In this document: piece by piece, positions 36,352 through 49,030 of the stretch
Position numbering within the stretch: the first letter of the stretch is position 1
Layout: each line of letters opens with the position of its first letter
Assembly: GCF_964204645.1 (NCBI RefSeq)
Contig: NC_134030.1
Coordinates: 22,652,210 to 22,716,209 of the forward strand
DNA length: 64,000 bases
Direction of reading: 5' to 3'
From: Tubulanus polymorphus
Lineage: Eukaryota; Animalia; Nemertea
The notes under the pieces: model-generated
Database searches by the model: none
What the model saw: the letters and a program-made list of their open reading frames with translations, nothing else
Told to the model about the DNA's origin: nothing
Position numbers and translations under genes: made by a program

Positions 36352-38819
36352 TTAAAAGTCAACCAAGAAGGCTAAAATATAAAATATGTCACCTTGTTTC
36401 TGTCATTGTGTAAACTGAAATTGAATTTTTAATCAGTTCATTTCTGTAGATGCCAGGTCTTTTATTGTAAGCTTGATCAGGTGCTGATCCAGGGCCATTT
36501 ATTGACTAGGGCACCAACTTTGAAAAAGCCCAGCAAGCAAAATCTGCCCTTTACGATTAAACTTAATTATAGAGTTACAATAATATATTTTGGAATAGTG
36601 CCCTTTTGAGCAAATGAGAGTGCCTTTTTTGATTTTGGGGAATTTATTTTTAATCACATTTTGCGTGAGGCCGTTATTTTTTATGGCGCACAAATTGTGT
36701 GGCCCTTTTATTTACTTTTTTCCCGAAACAAAAATTTTTCGAGGGCATTTGAAAACTGTGACTACCGCACGTGCTGCATGTGCGATAGTCTGGATCCGCG
36801 CCTGTTGATCATGATTTAAGAAAAAAAAGTAATGTACAGGGTAGATCCGGCTGGGTCAACTTTACTCAGCAGAAATGAGAAACAAGGTATCAAATTTTTT
36901 AGCTTCATTTCCGATGTTTCAACCTTAGAGTGGTGAAACCGAGTCTGCCACAACTGTGGAACTGGTTCCAGGTTGACCTATTTACGAACATGGTTGTGAA
37001 ATTGAAGAGACATATCATCGTCAGTTTATTTGAAACGTTTCAAAAAACGCAATAAATAAATCTATCATTTAAAACATTCCACGTATATTTATTATCATAT
37101 CGATTTTAATGCTGCTATAATAATAATTTATTCTGTCCATATTTTTCGCCTAAATTTTAGAATTTTCTTTCTTTATACTGAATAGATAAATGAATGGTGT
37201 TATTTTATAATTTTATATCTGTATAAACATTATATAAACACTTGTATTACATTGTGTATATGACAATAAATCTATATCATTATTTATATATCAAACTCTT
37301 GACTGTAGGTTCAAGTTCTTGTTTCTTTCTGGTAGTTCGGGTGCTTGCATGGAGAGGAGGGAACCAAGCCTTGACTGTTGTTGTTAATCCTGCCTGACTA
37401 GCTTGGACTCTTGACTATAATTCACCGGCTCTTTGCTTCCCAATGAGTGCCTATCTCTTGTAGGCTAATTTTGTGTTTCTAAAACCCTTCTGAGCCCATT
37501 ATTTCAATGGGCTTCCTTTTAAAAATATGATTTTATCCCAAACCCTCATGGGCTGAGTTTTCTATGGCCACGCTTTTAAGAAAGGTAATTTTGTGAACAG
37601 AGCTGTTCCGATTTCATTTAAAATTTTATCGCAACCCAAATTTCTGCCCTTTTTTGGGCTTTACTCTGAACATTTTATCCGAGCCCAGTATGTGTCCGTT
37701 TTGGGGTATATACAATTTTACCCGAACCCCGAATTAAACTCTACTGTTTAAGCTCATTCGCCGTACGAATGCTTTCAAAAACGTTCTTTTTTTCATAAGA
37801 ATAAATGCGATTATCAATAAACGTGAGCTTTTTATGAGAAATAAGAAGATTTATTTTTAGGTAAAAGGGTATTTTTCATGGCGTCGGAATCTACTAATCG
37901 TTACGTTGTTCGCCCGTGACCTGTTCGAATCGATCGAGCGCCTTTAAACCTAAAATTCAACGATATAAACGCGCCTACCCGGTCCGTATCACCCTAAACA
38001 CCTAGATAATATCCTAAACCGATAAATGCGATAGTTAATCGAGTAGATTAACGAGTTCTAAGCGAGAAATTGGCGATTTAACGAGCAGCCTGTTGATAGA
38101 CCTCAAGCATTGTTCGGGCGGCGACCTTGCCCTTCGCGTATCACTACTCATTGAACGGCGGCCATTTTTATTTCAATTCTCAGAAAATAGTGAAAAATAC
38201 GCGAATAATCGACGATTTCGGGGCTTGGAATCGGTTTAAACGAGTCAGATTGGATTTTATTTACGGTAGGTGAATTTGAAAAATGAACGAGACTCGATAT
38301 ATCGTAAATATACCCCGTAAACCTCGACATTTACAACAATTTTAATTCGTTCTATTCGCAATTCGGAGATTTGTGGCTAATCCTCTTATCTGATTCCATT
38401 TTTACGTCGTCGAATTCAATTTTTCAATTTAGAATAAATTCCTGGCCTATAAGGATCCCATTCAGTTTTCAAATTGAGTAAGAATCTGTGAGTTTGAGTT
38501 GAGTCCGGTCAGAGGGGATAGAAACTGTGATGTCGCGATGGAGTTAGAGAGAAAGTAGGTTTCGTGCTGACTTTCTGTTTGATTTGGCAGACAATATTTT
38601 GCCAATGCGGCGTAAAGGCTTTTTTGCCAATGGCGCGTTCTGATTGGTTAAGTGACGCCGTGGATGCGTACAGAGGTGGGCGACTTAGAAAATTTGAAGG
38701 AGAACCGAGTTAGAGAAAATATTGAGATTGAGCTAGACTCGAACCCGCTGATTGCTAGTCTAACGACACCAATGGAATCCCACTGAATGTCTTAACTACA
38801 TTTAGTTCTGAACCCACTC

Positions 38820-39220
38820 TATCTAGTTCCAACGTTCTGCATTCAGTTCCACATTTCTGTATCCAGTTCCACAGTTCTATATCAAGTTCCACAGTTCAGG
38901 ACTCAGTTCCACAGTTCTGGATCCAGTCCCACAGTTCTGGACTCCAGTTCCACAGTTCTGTATCCAGTTCCACAGTTCTGTATCCAGTCCCACAGTTCTG
39001 AACTCCAGTTCCACAGTTCTGTATCCAGTCCCACAGTTCAGGACTCAGTTCCACAGTTCTGTATCCAGTCCCACAGTTCTGAACTCCAGTTCCACAGTTC
39101 TGTATCAAGTTCCACAGTTCTGTATCCAGTCCCACAGTTCTGAACTCCAGTTCCACAGTTCTGTATCAAGTTCCACAGTTCTGTATCAAGTTCCACAGTT
39201 CTGTATCAAGTTCCACAGTT
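38820..39220. repeat. 20-21-bp minisatellite (ccagttccacagttctg...) in the INO80D 5' intron
   Basis: About 19 copies; the core equals the terminus of the 8307/28430 MITE family. Confidence 0.93.
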
Positions 39221-39338
39221 GTGAACTGTTTGTCCGCCTCCCCGTCGGTAGATGATTAATGATATAATGATTATTAATTGTAGATGCGTAACTGCGTTTC
39301 TGCGACGACTGCTGAAATGAAATGACCGATTATGGAAG

Positions 39339-42300
39339 ATGTTTGAGGGTAAAAACATTCACTATTCGTCGTATGACAATAAACCGTTGTGTTCATACAG
39401 TATAAAACTGTGTAAACAGCGTCGATTAAACGGATACGCGTTCTGTGTGAGACATATCTTAGAGGATCCGACCGCTCCGTTTAAACAGTGTACGCATACT
39501 ACTAGACATAATAAACAACAGTGTAATAATCCAATACCACACAATGAACCTAGACAGTAAGTATCTTATACATGGGGTAGTGCGGGGAGGGTTCCGGGGG
39601 TCGGGGAGGGGGATGTGGAGGGGGTCGGGGAGTGCGGGGAGGGTTTCAGGGGTCGGGGAGGGGTGGTCCGGGGGAGGGGTCGGGGAGTGCGGGAAGGGTT
39701 CCGGGGGTCTGGGAGGGGGGTCCAGGGAGGGGTCGGGGAGTGCGGAGAGGGTTCTGGGGTCGGGGAGGGGGGTTTCGGGGGTCGGGGAGGGGAGTGCAGG
39801 GGAGTGCAGGGAGGGTTTCGGGGTCGGAGAGCAGGGCTCTTGCCTCGGCATGCACTGATAGCCCAACCTCACAGGGTCCTATCTAAGGAATGAAAGCCAC
39901 TTGCCCGGGGGTGAAGCATATCTGAAATTTCGTTTGTCCCCTTAAAAAGCTACTTGCCCTACACAGACAGTTCGATTGGTGGCACTATCATCCGTTGTAT
40001 CGACTGGGAAAAAAGCTTTGTGACATGAAATTGCACGAGCCCGGGGGACAAGTGTGAATGATTACCTACTTGCCCTGATGAGAATATACTTGTCCCGGGC
40101 AATCGGACAGGTGCTTAGATCGCACCCTGCTTCACAATAACAATCGCGCCAGGAGGTTTGTTTAATCAGAAATAAATTCAATCCCCGCTGCTGAAAATAT
40201 TATCAAGGACCAGTTTCACAAAAAAGGTTCGACTCTTAAATCACGAAATAAATGTCGGTGAAATGATTTATATGAAAGCAGATGAGAGAAAAATTACTCT
40301 TTAAATTGCACAAAATTTAAGAATTGATTGAATATTTTTTGTCGATTCGTTGTTTTGTAGATATTGTAACAATCACATGCAGATGCTGGGCATGCTGCCG
40401 AAAAAAGAACGCAAGAAAAAAGTGGATGCGATTCCGAAAGAATCGACGCTCTCGATTCATTCTAAACTCGTTAAAATGGGATTACCATCGGCACCGACTA
40501 CGACGTACACCAACGCCAATCACGCCAACGAGCGCCAAACGTTGTGCCATAATAAAATCAAAGATCGGTTGGTATTGAATCACGCGGGTTTCGCGTTTGA
40601 AGATCCGTACGCGTTCGAGGATGAGGTTGGCGTAGGTGGCGTGGCGAGCGCGCCGACGCCGCCGATACCCGCTCAAAACAATCATCATCACCACCACGAC
40701 TCGAACCACCATCTCAGTCCGGTACACACTAAAAGTCCGGTGATCTCGTTTGAGCACGCCGGACTCGGCGCGGTGGCCGCGTCTAAACTCTACCCGGAGC
40801 TCGCCGAGCGGGTCAGTAAGATGGCGCGCGCCGACGTGTCTAAATCGCGCGGAGGCGGCGGCGGTGCGGGCGGCGCCAATAAAAGCGGCGGTAACTCGCG
40901 TACGATGAACCAACTCGAGAACCGCATCGCGCAAAATAAAATCAAGGATAAATTAAAACGCAATCAGGAAGTCGTTAGTAACTGTTCGTCCGAGTCGCAA
41001 CAATCGTCGCCGGCGTTCGATTCGTCGGTGTATCATCGTCAGACGTCCGGCGGTCCGACGTTGAGTCCGCCGCCGACGATTAGTCTTACCGATAGTCCGA
41101 CGACGGCTGATCCGATAGTGTTACCCGCTGATTTATTAAACGTGACTCCATCGATTCAAACGATGTTGAATTTCGCTCAGACTCCGAATGTACCGTCGGG
41201 ATTCCCTGTCGTTCCGCTCTCTCCCGTTATCTGCGGCGGCGGCCACCAGGTGGCACTGCCGTCAGTTCACGAGGCGCCGTCTATCTCGGATTCTTCCACG
41301 AACTACAAAACCGAAGACGCAAAAACGGAAGATCTCGGCGCGAAACGGACTAAAATACGTGATTTAGCGTTTCCGATGTTCTCGGAGATTCCGCCGTTGG
41401 CGACGAAGTTGCATTTACGCAAGCCGAAACTTGTTTTATCTTTACCCGAGCAGCGGGAGAAGCTAAAACGCCGGTCGGCGATCAATATTTATAAACACTA
41501 TTCCGAGAGGAGACTTTATAATTCGGATATCGTTCCTGTCGGTAAGTGGCGTCTGTCTGTCTGTCACCTAAAACAAGGCAACCTGTACCCTGAAACAAGG
41601 CAGCCTGCGTCCCTAAAACAAGGCAACCTGTACCCTAAAACAAGGCAGCCTGCGTCCCTAAAACAAGGCAACCTGTACCCTAAAACAAGGCAACCTGTAC
41701 CCTAAAACAAGGCAGCCTGCGTCCCTAAAACAAGGAACCCGCAGCCCTAACACAAGGCAGCCTGCGCCCCTAAAACAAGGCAGCCTGTGCCCCTAAAACA
41801 AGGCAGCCTGCGCCCCTAAAACAAGGCAGCCTGCACCCCTTAAACAAGGCAGCCTGCGCCCCCTTATAGACGGTGCATCAAAGTTTAGCAGATTTCTGTT
41901 CCTCACAAGAAATACAGGAAAGAAATGAATTAAAACTAATAGTTCAATCTCGTTACCTGGTACTTGTTTCCGGTCGCGATAGTTTCATTTCAGTTAAATA
42001 TCCATCAATTAGTACCCTCAAATCTAACCCTGATTCAGTGTTTTCAATAAGAGCCAGGTCCCAGGTCCCAGACCCGTCTGTTGTTTGTAAAGGACCTGTT
42101 TTTCAAAGGGACCTGGCTTGTTAATTTCTTATTGAAAACACTGGGATTGTAACTAGTGTGAAGTGTGAATAATCAGTTTATTTGAGAATGCGCTGTTTAA
42201 ACGTCTAATGTCTGGTTTTGGATGTCAATGCTGTCCGATTGAATTTGTAGGTTTAGACAGCAGTAGTTCAGACAGCAGCGCTGATGACAGCGATCAGGAC

Positions 42301-45300
42301 GATGTACCCTGGCAGTATACATGGTTCACTGCTTCTTCTGATGATGATCCGGATTCTGATGAGTAAGTGAAACATTCCTCTCTCTCATCTCCTCTCCCCT
42401 CACCTCCCTGCTCTCTCTGCCTATCACCTCTTCCCTCTCCCCATCTTCTGCTTCCCCCTCTCTCCCTCTCCCTCTGCCTCTCCCCTCACCCCCCTCTGCC
42501 TCTCTCTCCATCCCTCTCTGTCCCTATCTGCCTCTCTTAGTTCCCTCTCTGTCTCCTCTCCCTGCTTTCCCTCTACCTCTGTCTCTCCCCCTCATCTCCC
42601 TCTGCCTCTCTATCTCTCTACTCTCTCTCCCCTCTTTCCTCCCTCTCGCTTTCTGTCTCCCTCTGCCTCTCTCCCTCCCTCTCTCTCTGTCCTCTACCTC
42701 ATCTCTCTCTGCCCTTGTCTCTTTCCATCTCCCTCTCTTAGTTCCATAGTTCCCTCTCATCGCTATCATATATACAATATGATATACTGATATTAATGTG
42801 TGTTTGTTCTGTGTGTCACAGACAGGAGGAAAGTCTTCAGATTCAACGTACGACTCGTCTGGCGATGAAACGAGCTCGAATACGACGCCGTTATTTACAA
42901 CTGAGAAAAATACACCTCGCAAATACGGGAACTCATAAATACCACGGCGACGTGACGGAGACGCTCGTAGCGGGAACTCGCGATCAGGCACTCACTACGG
43001 TACTCGCGTTGAGAGCCATGGACGAAAACCATCTAACGACAACTGTTAAAAATACCACATCACAGTAAGTATAACACACAGTATGCTCCCTACATCGCTT
43101 TAAAAACTACTTCTAAAAAAATGGTAAACGTTGAACTGAAGCTGCTTCAAATTCCTTTTATTCGAACAAAATGCCCAAAACTCATTCAATTTTCCGAAAT
43201 AGGCGATTAGAAATTTTTGTCTAGCTTGGAAGTTTTACAGTAAACTACTTCTAAATCAGTACAGTAGGAACCGGGGACCAGTTGCTCAAAAGTTTGTTAC
43301 GAGTTAACCAGTGGATAGTTGACAAAGTGACAATTGAAGGTTCATTGTTGCTATGGTATTTATCCGCCGGTTATTTTCAGCATCTTTTTCAGCAACTGGC
43401 CCCTGGATTTGTGTTGACCCAATAACCGGTAGGCGGTTAGCGAATTAGAAACCGACTTAAGGTGTAGAGGATGAAAATTTGTTTCCAAATCACTGAATTA
43501 ATAGTTTATTGAGATTAAAATACCAATTTAGGAGGAGGGAACTGTAATCGGGATATAGCCCTAAAAGTGATACAAACAATTCCTTGAAAAATGAGATTTT
43601 CTCCTTGAAATCTCAATATATCCCCAGGAATGACTGAACCGTAGGCGGGATCCTGTTATATAAACAAGTTTTCATTCATTGTTTTACTTTATTTTATTTT
43701 CAGCAGAAATCGTTATAAAACGAAGGAGGCGGAGGCGATTAAAACGTGTTTATACGTTAAAGATGACGTACAATGTACCGGTCAGGTTTTACCGTACGCT
43801 AATCACTGTCGTAAACGTATCCTTTCAAACTATTTACATTTACATCGTTTCTTGTAAGGTGTTTTCCTGCAATACTCTAGTCATGTTTACTGCATTGTTT
43901 TAACACTTGTTCCTGCAATATTTAACTAGTTTTTCCTGCCATATTTAGGTAGTTTTTTCTGCCATATTTAACTAGTTTTTTCTGCCATATTTAGGTAGTT
44001 TTTTCTGCCATATTTAGGTAGTTTTTCCAGCCATATTTAGGTAGTTTTTCTGCCATATTTAGGTAGTTTTTCCTGCCATATTTAGGTAGTTTTTCCTGCA
44101 ATATTTAGGTAGTTTTCCTGCCATATTTAGGTAGTTTTCCTGCCATATTTAGGTAGTTTTTCCTGCAATATTTAGGTAGTTTTTTCTGCCATATTTAACT
44201 AGTTTTTTCTGCCATATTTAGGTAGTTTTTCCAGCCATATTTAGGTAGTTTTTCCGCCATATTTAGGTAGTTTTTTCTGCCATATTTAGGTAGTTTTTCC
44301 TGCCATATTTAGGTAGTTTTTTCTGCCATATTTAGGTAGTTTTTCTGCCATATTTAGGTAGTTTTTTCTTCCATATTTAGGTAGTTTTTTCTGCCATATT
44401 TAACTAGTTTTTCCTGCCATATTTAGGTACTATTTCCTGCCATATTTAGGTAGTTTTTCCTCCAGTATTTAAGTAGTATTCCTGCAGTATTTAAAGGGTT
44501 CTTCCTGCAATAATTAACTCATCGCTCCTGCCACATTCATACAGTTTTCGCTGCAATTTTCACCAGTTTTAACCAGTTTTCACCTTAACCGTGCGTTTAA
44601 TTCAGATATCATGTATAATGTAGAACAGCAGTTGTTTGATTATTGCACGGCTAAGTCGACTGATAACACTCAATGCTGTGATCCCGTCTTTGATATACGT
44701 CATGATTTCCCTCTCTGTCCAAAACACGCTAAAGCAATCGACAGCGTTCCGCAGGAAGCCGTCAAACGTAAACGTAAGAAGACGAAACCGTCGGCGCTCA
44801 CGAGACCTCCGAAACGCGGCAAAAAGAAGAAAAATCAACGCAAGTTCATCCGTCCAGAAAAACCTGTTTTACCCATTGAGATATTCAGTGATACAGGTAC
44901 GTTATATAGACACACACTCGGGTGTCTGGGCAGGCGGGGTCACGGGTCACTCATCCGTCCAGAAAAACCTGTTTTACCCATTGAGATATTCAGTGATACA
45001 GGTACGTTATATAGACACACACTCGGGTGTCTGGGCGGGCGGGGTCACGGGCAGGCGGGGTCACGGGTCACTCATCCGTCCAGAAAAACCTGTTTTACCC
45101 ATTGAGATATTCAGTGATACAGGTACGTTATATAGACACACACTCGGGTGTCTGGGCAGGCGGGGTCACGGGTCACTCATCCGTCCAGAAAAACCTGTTT
45201 TACCCATTGAGATATTCAGTGATACAGGTACGTTATATAGACTAACACACGGGTGGCTGGGCGGGCGGGGTCACGGGTACACGGGCAGGCGAGGTCACGG

Positions 45301-47931
45301 GTACACGGGCGGGGTCACGGGTACACAGGCGGGCGGGGTCACGGGTCACTCATCCGTCCAGAAAAACCTGTTTTACCCATTGAGATATTCAGTGATACAG
45401 GTACATTATATAGACTCACACACGGGCGACTGGGCGGGCGGGGTCACGGGCAGGCGGGCAGGCGGGGTCATGGGTACATGGGCAGGCGGGGTCACGGGTC
45501 ACTCATCCGTCCAGAAAAACCTGTTTTACCCATTGAGATATTCAGTGATACAGGTACGTTATATAGACACACACATGGGCGTCCGGGCGGGGTCACGGGT
45601 ACACGGGCAGGCGGGGTCACAGGTACGTAGGCAGGTGGGCGGGCAGGGTCACGGGTACACGGGCAGGCGGGGTCAAGGGTACACGGGCAGGCGGGGTCAC
45701 AGGTCACTCATCTGTCCAGAAAAACCCATTTTACCGATTGAGGTATTCAGTGATACAGGTGGACTGGATTTGATGTTTTAAAAACTGGCTCCTTGCGTAC
45801 TATGGAGTGGAACTGTGGACAGTGTGGATAATTAATGTGGATAATGAGGATGATTTGTGTTTTTCAGGTGGAGGTTCATCATCAGCCGAAACGAACGAAC
45901 CGTTAGATCAGATTATCACCCTGACGAACACCGCTCACGACCATCGACAACAACAACCGCAACAATCGCACGACAGATTAACGACGATATCGTCGTCAGG
46001 CGTGAATGATGAAGATGAAGATGAATTAAGAGGAGTTTTCTCACCGGAGACGGATCTAACTCTCGATCAGCACGAGTCTAAAATACTGGAGGACAACGAT
46101 ATCAACGACGTTCTAAATAAACTACCGGACGATGCATTTCATGAGTTGTTTAATACGGGTATGTGGGGCAGGGGTAGGTGTACAGCAGGGGTAGGTGTAC
46201 AGCAGGGGTACGTGAGGCAGGGGTAGGTGTACAGCAGGGGTACGCGGGGCAGGTGTACAGTGTACAGCAGGAGATTGTGTACAGCAGGGGTAGGTGTATA
46301 TTGTACAGCAGGGGAAGGTGTACAGCAGGGGTTGGTGTACATCGTACAGCAGGGGAAGGTGTACAGCAGGGGAAGGTGGGGGCAGTATTTGAACCAAATT
46401 TCGTGAAGATCTTGGCAGATTCTGTGTCAAATGTTAGGCAGGATCTGAATCGAGACTCTGATAGACAATAGTCGGGAGTGTTCTGGGGAATTTCTGGGAA
46501 ATATCTGGACAGAAAAACTTGCGTAATTCCTAATAAATCGATTTGATGAGAATTAAAGCTGTGAATTTACGAATTGTAGGTAAAAATGGTGATTGTGGTC
46601 CGTCTAAAGAAGAGACTGATGAATTTGAGAAAGCGTTGGCAGCAGTTTCGATGTCAAAATGTGCGAATCTGATTTGTGACGACGACGAACTCACTAAACA
46701 TATCACTGAGACGATCCTGCAACAGGAGGCAGTATCCGACCATCTCGTGGCAGGATTACATCATCATCATCATCATCATACCGGCGGTGTGGCAGGATTA
46801 CAACACGCGGGAGGATTACAACACGCTGAATTACATGCGTCAGGATTACACGCAGCTGGATTACATGCAGGAGCTGGATTACATCACGCAGGAGCAGGAT
46901 TACATCACCCAGGAGCAGGATTACACGTGGCAGGATTACACGCAGGATTACATGACGATAACCTGCAGGCTCTTGCTAACAGTATTACCGAAACAGATCT
47001 GAAAAATATGTCTCAAGTTCTCGCGACGGCTGAGTTCAATTCGGTTTTGGGTATCGCGCCCACGGCCCCGCCGCCCGCGCCCACGCAGCCGGTTACCACG
47101 ACGACTATCGGCGGCGATCTATCGAGCATCGCCATGGCGAAACCCAACAATATCAACTCGACTACTATCAGCTTACACAATCTGCAACAGAATCTGCAAC
47201 AATTGTCTCAATCATTAAACTCTCTACAGACAGTGGCGTGTCCGTCGCCGGGGGCAGCCGGCGGTGCAGGGGGCGCCGCTGTATTGGATCACGTTCAATT
47301 TCAATTGTTATGTCAAACTCAAGGTCAATTACAGCTGGCCTCCGCTCAAGGTCATTTGATTCAAGGTCACCACCACCGACCGACGACGGGCGGTCACCAG
47401 TTCTTGCAGATACAACCGAGTTTAAACCACGCGGTGGCGCCGCCTATGTACGGAATCGTGAATCACAGTACGTTTAATAGTGTTAACCAGGCGTCGGTGG
47501 ACTCGGCGGTGGCGTTCGCGTCGACCAATCATCATCCGGTCGCGGCCGCTCCGTCGCCGTGTTTGACGTTAAATACCGTGCTGTCGTCGCCGTCGACGAC
47601 CGCAACAATGACTAAACAATTCGCTCCGGTTACCGTTACTCCGATCGTGCAACAATCGACGTCGTCGTCAGGGGCGACGGCTAATCATTCTCCGCTGCAG
47701 TCTCCGCTGCCGAACTTCCGTAACCCGTGGACGCAAATCGAACATTTAAATTTACCGGTTTTCACGGCGACGAACGGCTATCAGCAGACGAACGGCGGCG
47801 TTAAATATGTGACAGCGCCCCCTGGTGGCGGCGGTGATAACAACGTGGTCGATACAACGACTGCATCGGCGTTCCAGATCGGAGTCCACCCGACACTAGT
47901 CACTCCGGCAACCACTCCTAAACAAACGTGA
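39339..47931 (+). CDS. INO80D: INO80 complex subunit D (zf-C3Hc3H domains)
   Basis: Exons 39339-39556, 40361-41541, 42251-42362, 42822-43064, 43704-43816, 44606-44896, 45868-46158, 46580-47931. The N-terminus MFEGKNIHYS..KPLCSYSIKLCKQRRLNGYAFCVRHILEDPTAPFKQC and YCNNHMQMLGMLPKKERKKK are characteristic. Confidence 0.93.
39575..39830. repeat. G-rich degenerate minisatellite after an INO80D donor
   Basis: ggggtcggggagggg-type units. Confidence 0.85.
39872..40129. mobile_element. CAGGG-terminal MITE
   Basis: TIR cagggtcctatctaag / cttagatcgcaccctg; flanks cctca / cttca. Confidence 0.65.
41566..41865. repeat. 23-bp minisatellite (cctaaaacaaggcagcctg)
   Basis: About 13 copies just after the donor at 41542. 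Confidence 0.92.
42377..42760. repeat. CT-rich low-complexity tract
   Basis: Polypyrimidine sequence filling intron 42363-42821. Confidence 0.85.
43817..44605 (+). other. U12-type (minor spliceosome) GT-AG intron in INO80D
   Basis: Donor GTATCCTTT at 43817-43825; branch site CCTTAAC at 44583-44589, about 15 nt before the AG; splicing gives ...CRK-H-IMY... in frame. Confidence 0.88.
43908..44495. repeat. About 22-bp minisatellite (ctgccatatttaggtagtttt)
   Basis: About 25 copies inside the U12 intron. Confidence 0.95.
44846..45760 (+). repeat. Tandem array of an INO80D exon end plus donor, 7 copies
   Basis: The 51-nt exon end tcatccgtcc...gatacag|GT ends at 44896, 45001, 45122, 45227, 45400, 45553 and 45758, separated by G-rich spacers of variable length. 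Confidence 0.95.
46165..46380. repeat. 18-bp minisatellite (tgtacagcaggggtagg)
   Basis: Begins a few nt after the donor at 46159. Confidence 0.88.
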
Positions 47932-48584
47932 AACTAACAATCTTATAACAATCTTTATTGATTATATGTCTCGTGTTCAAGGGGGGGTGTCAGGGGAGAG
48001 GGAGCGTTACCAGGGAGGGGGTGTTACCAGGGTGAGGGGGTGAAGGAGGGAAATAGGGAGTGTAACCAGGGGGCGGGTCGAGCTAGACCAAATTACAATA
48101 CCATACGTCGATTTCATATTAACAGCGGCCATATTGGAATATGATTTCGCGAGACTCGCGATTGCTTAGCAAACCGTGTTTATGATTTCCAATATGGCCG
48201 CCGCTTTCTATACGCTCTCGGCGGAAATTCTGAGCATCGGTCAATTCAATTCAAATCATGTTGCATTTATTAAACGGTTTCTGTTCTCCGTCGACGCGCG
48301 GTGAAATTTTCCGATGTATTTTTAGTCGATGATCGATTTGTATTTTTTACAAATTGGCACGCGGAAAAAAAAACTGTTATTTTATAGATTAGGAAATGGT
48401 TTCCTTCATGTCGAGGTTGTGTTAATTTGTCGGATATATCGCTCGGACTCGAAACCGGATTCGTTGTACATATGAAACTCTATTGTCTCTAGTCATAATA
48501 GTAAACTTCGTATTCATGAATTAAAAGTGATCATTTCTCTCTCTTCAAACTGAATTATAAAATCTACAATAGCTTTTTCTGTGA

Positions 48585-48845
48585 ATTCCCCCTATGACAT
48601 CACTGATTAATATCAAAACACTCGAATAAGAATGATGATGTCATAAGGTGATTTATGGAGGCAGACATCTTTTCTACAGGTGTCTATAGATCAAATCACT
48701 AGTAGACAATTTGATGATGTCATAGGGGGATTTATGGAGGCAGACATGTTTTCTAGAAGTATCTATAGATCAAATCACTAATAGATGATTTGATGATGTC
48801 ATAGGGGGATTTATGGAGGCAGACATGTTTTTATGGAGAAGTGTC
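48585..48845. repeat. 79-bp dispersed satellite family, locus 3
   Basis: Same unit as 24470-24900. Confidence 0.85.
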
Positions 48846-48894
48846 TCGATTAAATTAGTGAATGTTGTTTATAAACAGTAGAACTAATTAATCT

Positions 48895-49030
48895 CGTGCT
48901 CCGGCGGAGTGGGTCGGAGCAGACCGTGTTGTGCGTGCTCCGGCGGAGCGGGTCGGAGCAGACCGTGTTGTGCGTGCTCCGGAGGAGCGGGTCGGAGCAG
49001 ACCGTGTTGCGCATACTCCGGCAGAGTGGG
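48895..49030. repeat. 39-bp GC-rich tandem repeat, about 3.3 copies
   Basis: cgtgctccggcggagcgggtcggagcagaccgtgttgtg. Confidence 0.85.

Noticed and set aside
38720-38780. tRNA or SINE-like B-box (actcgaacccg)
   Set aside because: No cloverleaf or matching A-box could be built; too degenerate to call.
39459-39893. Gly- or Pro-rich ORFs in several frames
   Set aside because: A G-rich intronic repeat that lacks stop codons.
44636-45781. 381-aa ORF overlapping INO80D
   Set aside because: A shifted frame through the donor array; repetitive and without its own splice or start support.
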